Shown here: in pieces, positions 24,546 through 36,679 of the stretch
Position numbering within the stretch: the first letter of the stretch is position 1
Layout of the letters: each line of letters starts with the position of its first letter
NCBI GenBank assembly: GCA_001643675.2
Contig: LSRY02000040.1
Location: 372,001-436,000, forward strand
Length of the DNA: 64,000 bases
Reading direction: 5' to 3'
Source: Monocercomonoides exilis PA203
Lineage: Eukaryota; Protista; Preaxostyla
Made by a program: the position numbers and the translations under genes
Notes under the pieces: generated by a model
The model's database searches: none
Seen by the model: only the letters and a program-made list of their open reading frames with translations
Told to the model about the DNA's origin: nothing

Positions 24546-27051
24546 CAATGAGTAAAAAACCCGGTACAAAGTAAAAAAACCGGGACTTTAAAAAAAAGAA
24601 TATCTATCTTTCATCAAAACATTAGCTTTGTTTAAACTGATTATTGACTGATAAAACAATATAAGTTGAAAAGTTCAAATTTTTCTAATTATTACGATGT
24701 ATTTCTTCTCAACAAGTGTTGTTCACTTGATAGAATGATTGATTAATATTCTTTATATGTTGTTGAAAATTCAAGATAAAATTTTGCAAATATATTGAAA
24801 AAAAAATTATTATTCCATCACTTGAACTGCCATTTGTTTGTTTGATTGAATAGCCTTTCAAACAATATTTTTTCCATTTTGATCATTTTGATCGTTCCCT
24901 TTTTTGTGATGGAAAAGAAATCAATTTCTTCAGAAGAACTTCTTAGGATTGCTGCTACAAGAGAATATCGGACAATTCATTCCAGATCTCGAAAAATTTT
25001 TGAAATCAAGAAAACATATCCATTGACAGTGAACATCGCAGTCAAAGCGAAAGCAATAACAAGGCAGGCTTGGTACAGAGGCAAAACAGCAGAAAAGAAA
25101 AACAGAGATGTTGGAAAAGAAGGAAGACCATCTCTTATTAATTCTGAGAAACTGGAAAAAATCGAAAATCAGGTCTTGTTTTTATTATCAGAAGGAGTTG
25201 TTGTTCGAATGAAGCACATACAGGAAATGGTTTTCAATTTTTTTATATGATAAATTTTAATCTTTATTTAAATAGGCGATAAAAATGTTGGATGCAGAAT
25301 CAACAGATGAAGAAGAAAACGAGAAACTCCATCCGAAATTATCTTATTATTTGGTTCAAAGAAGTTCTATTTTAAAGGCTGCCTTGGCGAGACCACTTGA
25401 AATTGCAAAAATTCTGTCACAGAGCCCTGAAAATGTGACTAATTGGTTTAAAGAAGTTAAAGAAATCGTAGAAGGAAACAATATCGAAGTTTCCAATATT
25501 TTTAATTTTGACGAATCTTCTGTGAGAATCGGAGAAAGTTCTTCAAAAATAGTGATCTGTTTGAAAGATCAGATCCCTCCTTCTCCTCCAGATCCTCGAA
25601 AAATTGCCAACTCAACTCTTTGCGTTTGCGTGTGTTCTGATGGTTCCTGCCTTCCTCATTTTTTTCTTTATCCAAAGAAAAAAATGCCTGAAGAGTTTTC
25701 TAATTTGATATTTTTTAATATAAATTATATTCCTTCGCCTTCAGGATGGATCACCACTGAAATTTTCAAAATCATCATGCTTCAAAATTGGATTCCTCTC
25801 ATTCATCAAAAAATACAATCAACATCTTCGAAAAAGGCTCTTCTTCTTCTTGACAATCATTCTACACATACATGTTCAGAAGTCATCATAGAAGCTGAAA
25901 ATAACGGAATTTTCATAAAAACATTTCCCCCTAACATGACCCATCTCCTCCAGCCCTGTGACAATGTTATATTTGCCAGATTGAAAAGAACATTATACAA
26001 TAATTTCAAAGTTCCAATCGATGATTCATCTTCTTCATATAGAAAGGCACTTGCTGAGGTCTTACCAGAGGCTATCGCTGCAGCGACCACTCCATCGGTA
26101 ATTAAAACTGCATTTCTCAACACAGGAATCTGGCCACTGGTAGCTTCGCAAGTTCTCACCAAAATAAGTGGATCTCCTTCAAAATCTTCTTCAGCTATTT
26201 CTTCAGATGAAGTTAACAATGAATTGTTTGGTTCTTTTTCCCCAAAGCGCAAAGTTAAATCAACAAAAAATGTTCAAAATGAAATGAAAATTGAAGAAAA
26301 GCACCATAGGGATGAATTCACGCAAACTGATGATTATAATTTCTCAGACGAAGATCGTGATCATCCTTCAAGAAACAAATCAGTATCAAAAAGAATCCCT
26401 CGAATAAGAAAGAAAAAAATCGACGATGACTACATTTATGAAGACGATGAAGCCATATCAAAAGAAAGGCGGATTGATGAGCGAAATGAAAGCATAAAAG
26501 AAACTTGTCCGTCAAGAAGCAAAAAATCCAAAATACGACACGATGATAACGAAACAATGGAAACATTAACCAGTTTGAGAAATACTTATTTATTCATATA
26601 TTTTCTACTTCTTTTTTGAATGATATTTTCATATATGACTTTATATTAATTGCATATTTTGGATTGAATGCTAATTAATAATTGTTTTATTTATCCTTCA
26701 CAATTCATACAAATATATAAGAATAAACAATGGTTGCAAAAGACTGAGCGTTGGAAAGTAAATAGCTTTGGCCAAGTTCACAACAATTTTCATATATCAA
26801 AGATATGGCTTCCATAACTATAGAAATTTGAGGAACATCATTTCACACGATTATTTTTGATTCGCAGAAAAAACATGATAATTTTCTTTGCATGCCATGT
26901 TAAATTCTTCTTTTTTCTTAACGATCATTAATTATCACTTTCAGCATTAAAAAAAACATATCACTTGAATAAAAATTGTAAGAAATTGAAGACACAGTTG
27001 CTGAATAAAAAATCCGGGTTTTTTACTTTGAAACGGGTTTTTTACTCATTG
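24546..27051 (+). mobile_element. pogo/Fot1-like (Tc1/mariner superfamily) DNA transposon, apparently intact, 2506 bp
   Basis: About 40-bp TIRs CAATGAGTAAAAAACCCGGTACAAAGTAAAAAAACCGGGA / TCCGGGTTTTTTACTTTGAAACGGGTTTTTTACTCATTG with TA on both sides. Confidence 0.93.
24909..26619 (+). CDS. DDE_1 (pogo/Fot1-type) transposase, DD35D, spliced
   Basis: Exon 1 24909-25229, 46-nt phase-0 GT-AG intron 25230-25275, exon 2 from 25276; motifs FNFDES, GWIT, LLLDNHSTH, THLLQPCD (35 residues between D2 and D3). A further 3' intron near 26573 is possible. Confidence 0.9.
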
Positions 27052-27639
27052 TATAAGGAAATGGAGTTTTGCATATTTCAAACAATTCTCTTTTATCTTT
27101 TTGGTTTTGATTTTTAATACAAATTTGAGCATCGTTTCAAAAATAACATTTGATTGTTGTTGCAATTATATGAAACGATAAAACTGCAGTTTGAAGACTT
27201 TTGTTATAACTAATAGTTGAAAAATCTTTTGTTCAAAGTCAAAATTTGCACAAAAATGTATGATGCGATTCTTTTTCTGTTTCATGAAACGGTGATAATA
27301 TATTTGTGAAGGAATATTATTTTCGAAACAAAAAAAGTGAATGAAACGAAGTTCAGATAATTCCGTATTAACCTGAGAATGAAATATCGCTCAATTGGAG
27401 TGAATTTGTGAGATGGCTTGAATATTAGGAAACCACAACTGTGATGAAGGAGCAGATGGAGCGGAATGCGAAGCCTAAGTGGACTTTGGAAAATAGGGTT
27501 GCAGAAATGATAAAATAGTCTGATGGAGTGAAGAACATCGTATTTGTCGGAAAGAAATTGTTTGAAAGAAGAGAGAAGGCAAACGGGGGAAGAATGAGAA
27601 TGAGTAAAAGAGAAATAAGAAGGAAAAGATCTCAAAAAT

Positions 27640-30060
27640 TCATGTGATGAAGAGGAAGAAGTGGAAGAAGAAGAAGAAGAAGAATTTGTAGTTGAAGTTG
27701 AATTGGATGAATTGGATAAAGTGGAAGGGAGGGAATGAGCAAGGGCAGGAGCAGGAGAGGCAGGGGGGTGAGTAATGGATGGGTGTGACAGCAGCGCTGC
27801 CGGAGCGTGTGAGTGTGTGCATTCTGAGCGGATTAGAGAGCTGGTGAACAGGATGAAGAGAAGAGGAAGAAGAAGAAGAGGAGGAGGAGGAGGAGGAGGA
27901 CGATGAAGTTAAAGAACTTTTATGTTTGAGTTTTTACGATAGCTTCCGCGAAAGTTTTCATTTGCTTGGCTTGTTAAATGCTTCATCATCGTCACTTTCA
28001 TCCTCATCATCATCGCTATCTCTCTTCTCCATCTTCCTCGTCTCCTTCCTCTCTGCCCTCTCTCTCTCCGAACTCACCTCAAACAGCCTGAATTCCTTCC
28101 ACACGATACACATTTCCCTCTTCGCCTTGCCTGGAATCATCACTTTTGGTGCTTCTTATTCAAATCTCCCTTCTTTCGAAGAGCAAAAAGAGCCGTCTGA
28201 AACAGGCGGGTGCGGAAGAGGGATCGGAATGAGCAGCTCAAATTCAACCAGAAAACGCAAAGTCAAAAACGGGTGCGAATAGCAAAAGCGAACAGAAGAT
28301 GTTTTTTTGGCTTTTAAAGGAGGCAAGTAATTGACAATGTTCATCTTTTTGCCGTCTTTGCGCTGCATCGAAGAAGCTTTGCCTTTCACTAGAGGAATCG
28401 AAAGAGGTTTTTCAGACAGCATTTTGTGGGTGTTGTGCACGAATACATGGAGGGTGCAGGAAAAAATAGTGACAGACTGATCATCTGAGGGGAAAAATAA
28501 AATTGTATAAACAAACAAATAAATAAAAATAAGAAGAAAATGCGAATGAATTATTGAACATAATCACTTCAAAAGCGCAACCCATTGTCTATTCCATTCT
28601 CTGCCAGTCTGATGAAATTCACTTTTGTTCTGATCTGCTCTTCAAGCGATGCATCCATCTTCACACAAACATTCTCCAATTTCAGTGTCGGATGCACAAC
28701 TTCAATTGGATTCGCTGAGAGGTTTAAAAAGAAGAGCGGGCGCTGTGTCACAACTGCACGAAGAGTGCGACAATCAGAAGGGAAGAACGAAAGATAGAGT
28801 GTGCAGAAGCTGAAATCTTTGTTCCTTTCTTTTGTCTGCTCCTTTTCTGTAATGCTGGGCTGCTCGCAGAAGTCTCTCCGCTCCCAAAAACTCTGATCCA
28901 GCCAGGATGAACCCAGAAAGGGAACATATTTTGATTTTGACAGATCTTCATTCTCAATCTCTTCACTCAGCGTTGCTTCCTCGTCTTCTTCGCCTTCTTC
29001 TCCTTCATCGTAGTCATCATAGCTTTCATCCTCACCGTCATCATCTTCTTCGTCTTCTGTTTCTTTCGCTTCAAAGGAGAATTTGTTTTTTTCATCTATC
29101 CGCTCTTCTTCCTCTTTTGTGTTGCTTTCTTATTTGCGTTTCCTTTTGATGGTTTCTGCTATTGTGTCTTTTCCTTTGTGAAGGTTTCGATAATCTTCCG
29201 CTTCTCTTTCATTTCTTCTTCTTCTGATTCTTCTAGAACTGAATTAATCAGATTCAATATCCGCCCCAAAATCAGAAATTAATGTGTTTTTTTGCTTTTG
29301 CGTGGAACTTTCTTTTTCTCCTCTGGCCCTTTCTCTTTCAACTGGCTCGTCTTCATTTTACCAGTTTTTTGGTTTTGCACTTGACTTTTAGATGAAAGCT
29401 TGTCACTTCTTCCTTTTGGATTTCTGTCATCTTCAGAATCTTCAATGCTCTAAGCTCTGCTTTCATTTCCTTTTGGCTCTTTAGCTTTCTTTTTCTTTCT
29501 CGAAGAATCCAATTCTGTCAGCTTTGCTTCAATGAAGTCTTTTTGCTCAAGCAATTCTTTCTTTATCGCCTGCTTCAAAATCACTCAATGTGTTTGTGAT
29601 ATGACGCTTATCTATGACAATGATGCATTCCGCTCGTTGATGATTGAACATGAAGGCAAAGCATGATGAGCTTTGCGAGCTTCTTGCGTAAAACAAATGT
29701 GAAAGTTTGTTCTGATTCCTGCATTTGGAAGGAGATTGGCTGAAAAAACAAAAGAAACAGTTTTTTTTGGACAATAATGCAAACAAGCAAAACAACAAAC
29801 ATTGAACAATAAGATCTGTTTGCACAAGTAGCACTCGCTGAGAACTATCTAATTGCTTTTTTGTTTAAAAATCGAATAAATCAAATAAGAAAAATAACAA
29901 CACACTTTTTTTGTCCCCATAAAATAAAAAAGGAAATATGCGGAAGTTTCAGTGCACGATCAGTCATTTCAGCAAAAAGCGAATAAGCCTCTTCTCATAA
30001 CGTCTTTCTGGCTATTCAAAAATGCGCTTCGACACATTGATGCTGCTTGAAAAGAGCACA
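27640..30060 (-). pseudogene. Intron-containing host-gene fragment inside the large hAT-type element (continues at about 35255-35570)
   Basis: Coding-like segments (28156-28490, 28569-28970, 29000-29850, 29940-30050) separated by AT-rich introns, with stops and frameshifts; no transposase motif seen. Confidence 0.5.
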
Positions 30061-30395
30061 AATATGAGAAGAAGAGAAACAAATAAAAGAAGAAGAGGAA
30101 AAAGATGATGATGATAAAATAAAAGAAGAAAAAACCGAAAAGGGGTTTAAGAAAAAGTTATTTAAAGAAGTTTCTTTTTATTTTTCTTCTTCTTCTCCTT
30201 CTTTCACACAAAAAACAATACAACAAAAGAAAAAAAGATAAATATTCATTTTCTTTACCGTTTTGAAGAAAATGATGAAGATGAATTAAAAAGCGTTAGC
30301 TTCTTAATTCTCGAGAACAAATGAAAATACAACTCCTCTTTCTATATGGGATAGAGCTCCGTTTAATGGGGTCAGCCGATCAATAATTATTAACA

Positions 30396-31397
30396 ATGAG
30401 CGTGCTTCAGCCTGGACTCGAGTCGAGTCTGAATTTTTTATCTCAGGATATCAGCGGACCTCCGAGCAGCGTGGGATTTACGCAATCCACCTCCAGCATA
30501 TTTTCCTCATCAGCCGCTTCTATTCCAACACAAAATATTGCAATGGGCCTTGAAAACACATCAAGCCGAGAAGATCACAATGTTACAAACTTGCTCCATC
30601 CACATTTCCAACAATCTTCTAGCTCTTCTCAGTCCCAAATATTCCCAAGTCCAACAACACTTGAGAGACACCCAATCCATTCTCCGCAAACGACGCAGCA
30701 GCAGAATATTCTTCAAACGATAGACACTTCGCAAGAACATCTGATGGAGAAAGACAATTATCAACCGAACTTCAAGAATATTTGTCTCTCGCTTTTCGGG
30801 GATTAAACAAAGGATTCAATATTCGAAATGCATTTTCATGAACAAGCAGGCTCAAATTCCACAATTTACTCGAATTCATCAGCACCTCCGTTCATTCCAG
30901 AGGCTATCCACCCGATTCAAAGAACATCAAATTGGTGCTACGACGCTCTAGAACAAAATGGATTCAAAATCGAAGAAAAACTGCTATGGGCAATAAAAGC
31001 GCTAATTATTGGAAAAGATATGGTGGATAAGGGATTGGACCCAAGTGCAGTTTTGGCTGATTCTTTCTTAATGATGGTCAAAGCACTCTAGGAAGCGAGA
31101 ACACAAAGGATCCAAGCAGTTTATGGGTTCAGAGCCGCAAGAACATTAAAAGAAGAGGATGGAGATTAATTGCTGTCCAAGAGGAAACTTGAAACGCTGA
31201 AGATCGCTGAGCCGAAACAAAAACTGCTTTCTCGATCGCAGGGATGGGTCAAACCAAAAACAATTATATTCTCACTTAAAAACCAGTTTTTTCTGTCTAG
31301 AAGGATCCCATTTACAAGAAGAAAATTCAGTTCAAACAGCCGCAGAAGCTCCAAGAGAACCAGCAGAACTTGGAGCTCCAACCAATGGGATCCTTGA
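30396..31397 (+). pseudogene. DIRS gag-like ORF1 with in-frame stops
   Basis: Same-frame segments 30396-30806, 30828-31091 and 31170-31397 upstream of RT; similar to 61610-62047. Confidence 0.7.
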
Positions 31398-33292
31398 AGA
31401 AAGTTGGAGAAAGAACAAGACTCTTTCTCAAGAACTGGTCCGAAATAGGGGCCCGGAGAATTGTGGAGAAGGGGGCTTGTCCTGTTTGGAGAAGCAGAGA
31501 GGTACGGAACAAGCTGAAAAAGGAAGTCAAAGCAGGACATGGTTTTATTGGATCCCAGGAGCAGGAGAGGGAGTGCGAGAAGTGGAGAACGGAAGCACTG
31601 GATTGTGGAATATTGAAGAGGGTCAAGTTCGAAGATGCAAAATGCCTGAGCAAACTGTTTTCCGTAAAGAAGAAGAACGGGAAATGGAGACAAATATTGG
31701 ACTGCAGACCTCTGAACAAAGCCCTGAAATCAATCAAGTTCAAGCTGGAGGATCACAGAACTGTGGAAAAGTTGATGGAGAAGTGAGATTTTACAACCTC
31801 GTTGGATCTCTCTCAAGCATATTTCTTAATCCCTGTTCGCGAAGATTTCATCCCGTTTTTGGCTTTCAAATTTCATCAAGAAACAATAGCTTTTCAATGA
31901 CTCACATTTGGAATGAAGAATGCTCCAAGAATCTTCACTAAGATCATGCGTTCAATTAAAAAGCTAGTGAGAATGAAATGGAAGGTTCGTTGCATTTCTA
32001 GTCTGGATGTTTCGTTTTTGTGCATGGACATCCAAAAGCTGGAGCATTAAACAAAAGATGTTCTGGATTGGTTTTTCCAACTTGGTCTGATGGTCAACAA
32101 GGAGAAAAGCGAACTTCAGGCAAAGCAAAGATTCAACTTTCTGGGATGGAAATGGGATTCGATTCAGTCGACAGTGGCTCTGAACGAAGAGAGAATTGCC
32201 TCCATTGTTCAGAAGTGTTGCATTGTGCTGATAAACACAATGAAGAGACGTCCAATCTCAGTCAGAAAGTTTGCTTCAATTGAAGGACAAATATGCGCTG
32301 CCAAATTTGTCCACGCAGACGCTTCATTACACATGACAAACCTTTATCAATGCCTAATGAAGAAAGTCAACATCAATGGATGGAACGGACTATGTCGACT
32401 TCATGATGGAATCATTCCAGAATTGACATTCTGGATAAGCGAAGTTAGGAAGAGAAAACAAAGAACGCTTCAATCCTTTGGCTTCACTCAGGTGACGATT
32501 TCAATAGATGCCTCACAGTGGGCATGCAGAGGAAGTCTAAAAATAGCAGGACAACGCAAGAAGATTTTTCACGTCCCTTTGAACAGAGTAGCTCAGAACC
32601 AAACATCAAACAACAGGGAATTACTAGCAGTCAAAATTGCGCTAGCAAGGTTTTCTCAGGGTATCGCAAAACTGTCGGAAAGGAATGTATTGATACGCTC
32701 AGACAACATATCGGTAGTTTACAACATAAACAGATGGGGAGCAGGAAAGAATCTGCGACCTCTGTTGAAAGAGATCAGGAAACTTGTTGAGAGACAGGGA
32801 ATCCAGGTCAAAGCAGTTCATATTGCATGAAAAAGAAATGTGGAGGCAGATGCCCTGTCAAGACTCGAGCAGTCGGGAGATCACGAAATCAAAAATCAGG
32901 CTCTTCAGATGGAACTCAGCAGCCTCAGGATCAAACCGACTCTGGATGCGTTTACCAGTGCAAAGAACAGAAAGCTTCAACGGTGGTGCGGGCCAGGCAG
33001 CAGATTATGTCAGGACGGTCTGAACTATCCGTGGAAGGGCGAGGTGGTTCTTGCCCATCCGCCAATTCCACTGATCCTTCATACGATGAGGAAAGCGATG
33101 AAGGAGAGAGCGAAGATGATTCTTCTGATACCGGATTGGACGAATCAGATTTGGAGTCAGACCCTTCAACTGTGGAAAAGACGATTCATGAGATGGAGAT
33201 GTTCACGAATGATAGTACTTCCAGGGCAGGGTCTGAAGGCGAGAGTAGCAGCGCTTCCTCCGGGAGGTTTCCTGGCAATAAGCTTTCCCTAG
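31370..33292 (+). pseudogene. DIRS pol: reverse transcriptase, RNase H and adenine-methyltransferase-like domain
   Basis: KKKNGKWRQILDCRPLN, LDLSQAY, FGMKNAPRIF, FLGWKWDS, IDAS, NNRELLA, IRSDN, ADALSR, LDAF...HPP...PDW; stops at 31786 and 32830 plus a frameshift. Confidence 0.92.
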
Positions 33293-34916
33293 TCAAGAAG
33301 GCGGGTGAACAGTGGTTTGAGCAGTACCTTCAAAAACTTAATGTTCCGGACAGCATGATAATACACATTAAAAATAGTGTTGCCACGTCAACATGGACAA
33401 CTTCCACATTTGGATTCGCACATTTCGCTAACGCTTGGATCAAGGGGAATATGGGGGAGTTACCGTCAGGTCCTGTGATTTGGGTGAGGAAGTGCTTGGA
33501 CACTTTCATTTGCTTAGATAATAAGGGTTTTCCTCCTCAATGCTAAAAGCAAACAAGGTCTACAGTGTCGCAATTCACTAGAAGTGCTTTCTCTTTCGAT
33601 TTAGGAACAGTGCCGATGATAAAGACATTCTTTCGCTTTATCATGAGAAAGGAAAAGAATAGAGCTCCGTACGAGGAAATATGGGATCCACAGGTCCTTT
33701 TCAATTATCTCCGAACTCTGTATCCCAACGAGACTTTGAGCGGGAACTCTCTGACATTGAAATCTATAACTCTGTGTATGTTATTCACTGCATGCAGGTT
33801 TTCAGAACAAGCGAGCATTTCAATGAACAATTCGATAATCTCTGAGAATGTAATTCATCTTTCAGTCCAATTGAAAACAAGACTCGCAAGATCGTTCATC
33901 ACAGTCCCCAAACTGATGGAGATCCTGTCAAATATATACCCAGTGCGTGCAACATTGGAACTTTGGAACAAAATTAAAGTTTTGTATCCAGGAAGATACA
34001 CGTTCATAATAAACACGAGAACCTGATCAAAAATGTCCAAGGATGGAATTCGTAAACTCGCAAAGGAGGCAATGAAGCAGGCAGGAATCAACCCCTCGTT
34101 TCGGCCTTACACTATAAAGCATGCGGCTTTGTCTGCTCTCGTTGCGGTGGAGTTCCGGAGGTAATGGTTACAAACTTTGCAAGATTGTCACCCACAGCTC
34201 ACACACCAACTGATTCTTTCTTCAAAACAAACACTGCTCAAGTGATGGCCCAGGTTCTGACAGTACACCAACCATTCCCACAAACAGGATCTCAAATACA
34301 ACCTTGGAGTGCACAAATATCTCTCGGATCTGCTTCCGCAAACATCCAGACGTTGAGCCAATCTGCAATTGACATATCTCCTGTTCAACATAATATCATC
34401 GTGCCAACTCAACAACAATCTCAGATCTTTAATCTTCAGCCTTCCTTTCAGTATCTTCAATGAAAACAACCTTCAAATTCAATTGGATTATCGCTGGCGC
34501 AACCACAAACTTTCAATTCCCCGCAACTATCTTTTCAGACAAATTGTTCCATTCCAACACAACTGCTTCCCTCTCTCACAGAACAGAGCATTGACGTGTA
34601 CATCGAAGAGTCGCAATCATCGCGGACCGTTGGAGAGGAGATGGATATCAATAAGGAAAATGAAGAAGTCAAAGAAGTTGAAGATAAACTGCATAATAAG
34701 GAAAATATTTGCATGGATCAGGAAGAGGAATCGATGCGATCATGTTCCCCTGCAACTGTCAAGAAATCAAGAAATATTTGCACACGAACAGAGAGAGAAG
34801 CAACAAGAGCCTTGCAATATAAATGGAAGAGGAGACACAAAACATGCCCAATTAATGATATCCCAAACAGAAAGAGGAGTTGTATTTTCATTTGTTCTCG
34901 AGAATTAAGAAGCTAA
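33290..34916 (+). pseudogene. DIRS tyrosine recombinase ORF with Gln/Ser-rich tail
   Basis: ACRFSE (Arg), KT (Lys), YTIKHA (HxxR box variant); stops at 33546, 34026 and 34463 and a frameshift near 34147. Confidence 0.88.
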
Positions 34917-34965
34917 AGCTTTTTAATACGTTAGAGAACTAATTTATATACGACTCCTCTTTTCC
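34860..34965 (+). repeat. DIRS internal complementary region (ICR)
   Basis: GAAAGAGGAGTTGTATTTTCATTTGTTCTCGAGAATTAAGAAGCTAA is the reverse complement of the left end; the adjacent CGTTAGAGAACTAATT is the reverse complement of the right end. Confidence 0.93.
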
Positions 34966-35964
34966 CTCCACAAAGCGAAGCTTTTCCCACCCAGGGAACT
35001 TACAGTTAAAAAAACTTTTTCTTACACATTGAAAGTCTTCGTGTTTTGTGGTTATAAATGAAAGATATAACTCCTTAGTGTAAACTTGCACAGCCTTTTA
35101 TTGGACGCAAACTTTTTAATTCTTTTTAACTTTTTCATCACATCAGCAAACACCACAAATCTCACGTCACATTGATCGGCTGAGCCCATAAAACGGAGCT
35201 CTATCCCAAATAGAAAGAGGAGTTGTTTATTAATTAGTTCTCTAACGAAATAAAATTCCTTTCAAAAACGATCGCAAAGTATACGAAAGTTCATTTTCTT
35301 CAGATTTTTCCGAGGAAATGTTTGAGATGCAAATGAATGAAGATTTGAGGAGGAGGAGAGCTGGGAGAATCGGGTTGGAGGAGGAAGAGGAGAAGAAGAA
35401 GAAGGCATTTGCGATATGAAAGATGGTGTTGCGGAGTGCAATGTTAAATGCTGTGATGAAATGATATGAAATTGAAATTGAGTGTCAATGGAAGATAGCT
35501 GTGTTGAAGCGGGCGGAAGCAAAGGAACTGGTGAAATGGAAAAGGAGGAAGAAGAAGAAGATGAATAGAATAATTCTTATTCATGAGTTATTTTTCTTCG
35601 AGCATTTAAAAAAACAACGTTAAAATTATCTCCATTAATCAAATCCACATCAGCAGCAGAGACATTTCAAAAAACTTCCATTCCAAATCATTGTATTTTA
35701 TAAAAAGCAACAATCATTTTGATTCCTTTCATATTTCTTCTCCAGTTTTTTCAGAAATTTCTCATTTGTTTTCAAAACACAATATATATTGTTATAATGG
35801 TAAATAAAAAAAAGCAGCTGAAACAAAAAGTTTTTGTTGAGATAAGTTGGATATTTTCATGTGAAGCAATGTTTGTGAAGAAACAATCATTTCAATTTTT
35901 TCGACAAATGAAAAATTTCTCGACAGACAAATTGAACTCAAAAAATGTGTGTCGCAGAGGCCTA

Positions 35965-36200
35965 AATCATTCCTTTCAACCTTCCCAAAAAGATATATAT
36001 GGGCGATTATTTTTCAAATCATTCCTTTTTTCGGTGTATTGTTTATTTCTTTAAGTTTTTTATCATTAAATAATGATTTTTTAAAATAAATTACAAATTT
36101 CTTCTCATCAGTTTCAAAAATTAATATTTTGCTAAAATAAAGATGTGGATGTCTCTGAAAAGCGTTGTCATTTTTCAGCGTTGATTTCATAGTGTTTGCG
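35965..36200 (-). pseudogene. Merlin-like transposase, decayed 5' part
   Basis: Minus strand reads YLFGKVERND right up to the TSD, matching the ISXO2 WVFGxVER motif that precedes the SDxW motif found at about 23915. Confidence 0.55.
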
Positions 36201-36679
36201 ACTACTCGACAATTCGAAAATTTTGAAAGAAAAAATATGAAAACAAAAATAAATACCTATATTCTTCGTAAATTATTTTTGTTTCATCCAAGATATATTC
36301 AGAAAACTCTTCATATGTGAGAAATAAGATTAAAGTTGCACTGAAGCTCTCTTTTAATAAATTTGTGGCTTCAAGTGCATTTAAATCATATTCATAACTG
36401 TTTTCATGAATATCATCATTCCTATATATCATTTTGAAATAATTAAAATTTAAATTTTGATTTATATATATATATATTTTGATTTTTATATTTTATTTTT
36501 TATTTTTTTGCGATTAAAAATCTTTTTCACAAATATTTCTTTCATTCCATTTTCATCAGATTTCGAAAAAAAAAAGTTATTGTCAAAAGTGGATAACATG
36601 ACATAATATGTTTTTTTCTTGTCAAAATTATAATCAATCGAAACCGAACTTTTCGTGCTCATTAATAAATATCAGATAT

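Larger units (their letters stand above)
30285..35251 (+). mobile_element. DIRS1-type tyrosine-recombinase retrotransposon, structurally complete, ORFs mutated
   Basis: Left ITR about 30285-30383 is inverted to right ITR about 35172-35251; ICR 34860-34965 is complementary to both outer ends; order is gag, RT, RNase H, MT-like, YR; no TSD. Confidence 0.95.
24030..35964. mobile_element. 11.9 kb non-autonomous hAT-type element holding a host-gene fragment and two nested elements
   Basis: 15-bp TIRs TAGGTCTCTGCGACA (24030) / TGTCGCAGAGGCCTA (35950-35964), 1 mismatch; 8-bp TSD AATCAATC / AATCATTC; CGACA-rich subterminal repeats at both ends; the flanks rejoin into one Merlin transposase. Confidence 0.82.
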
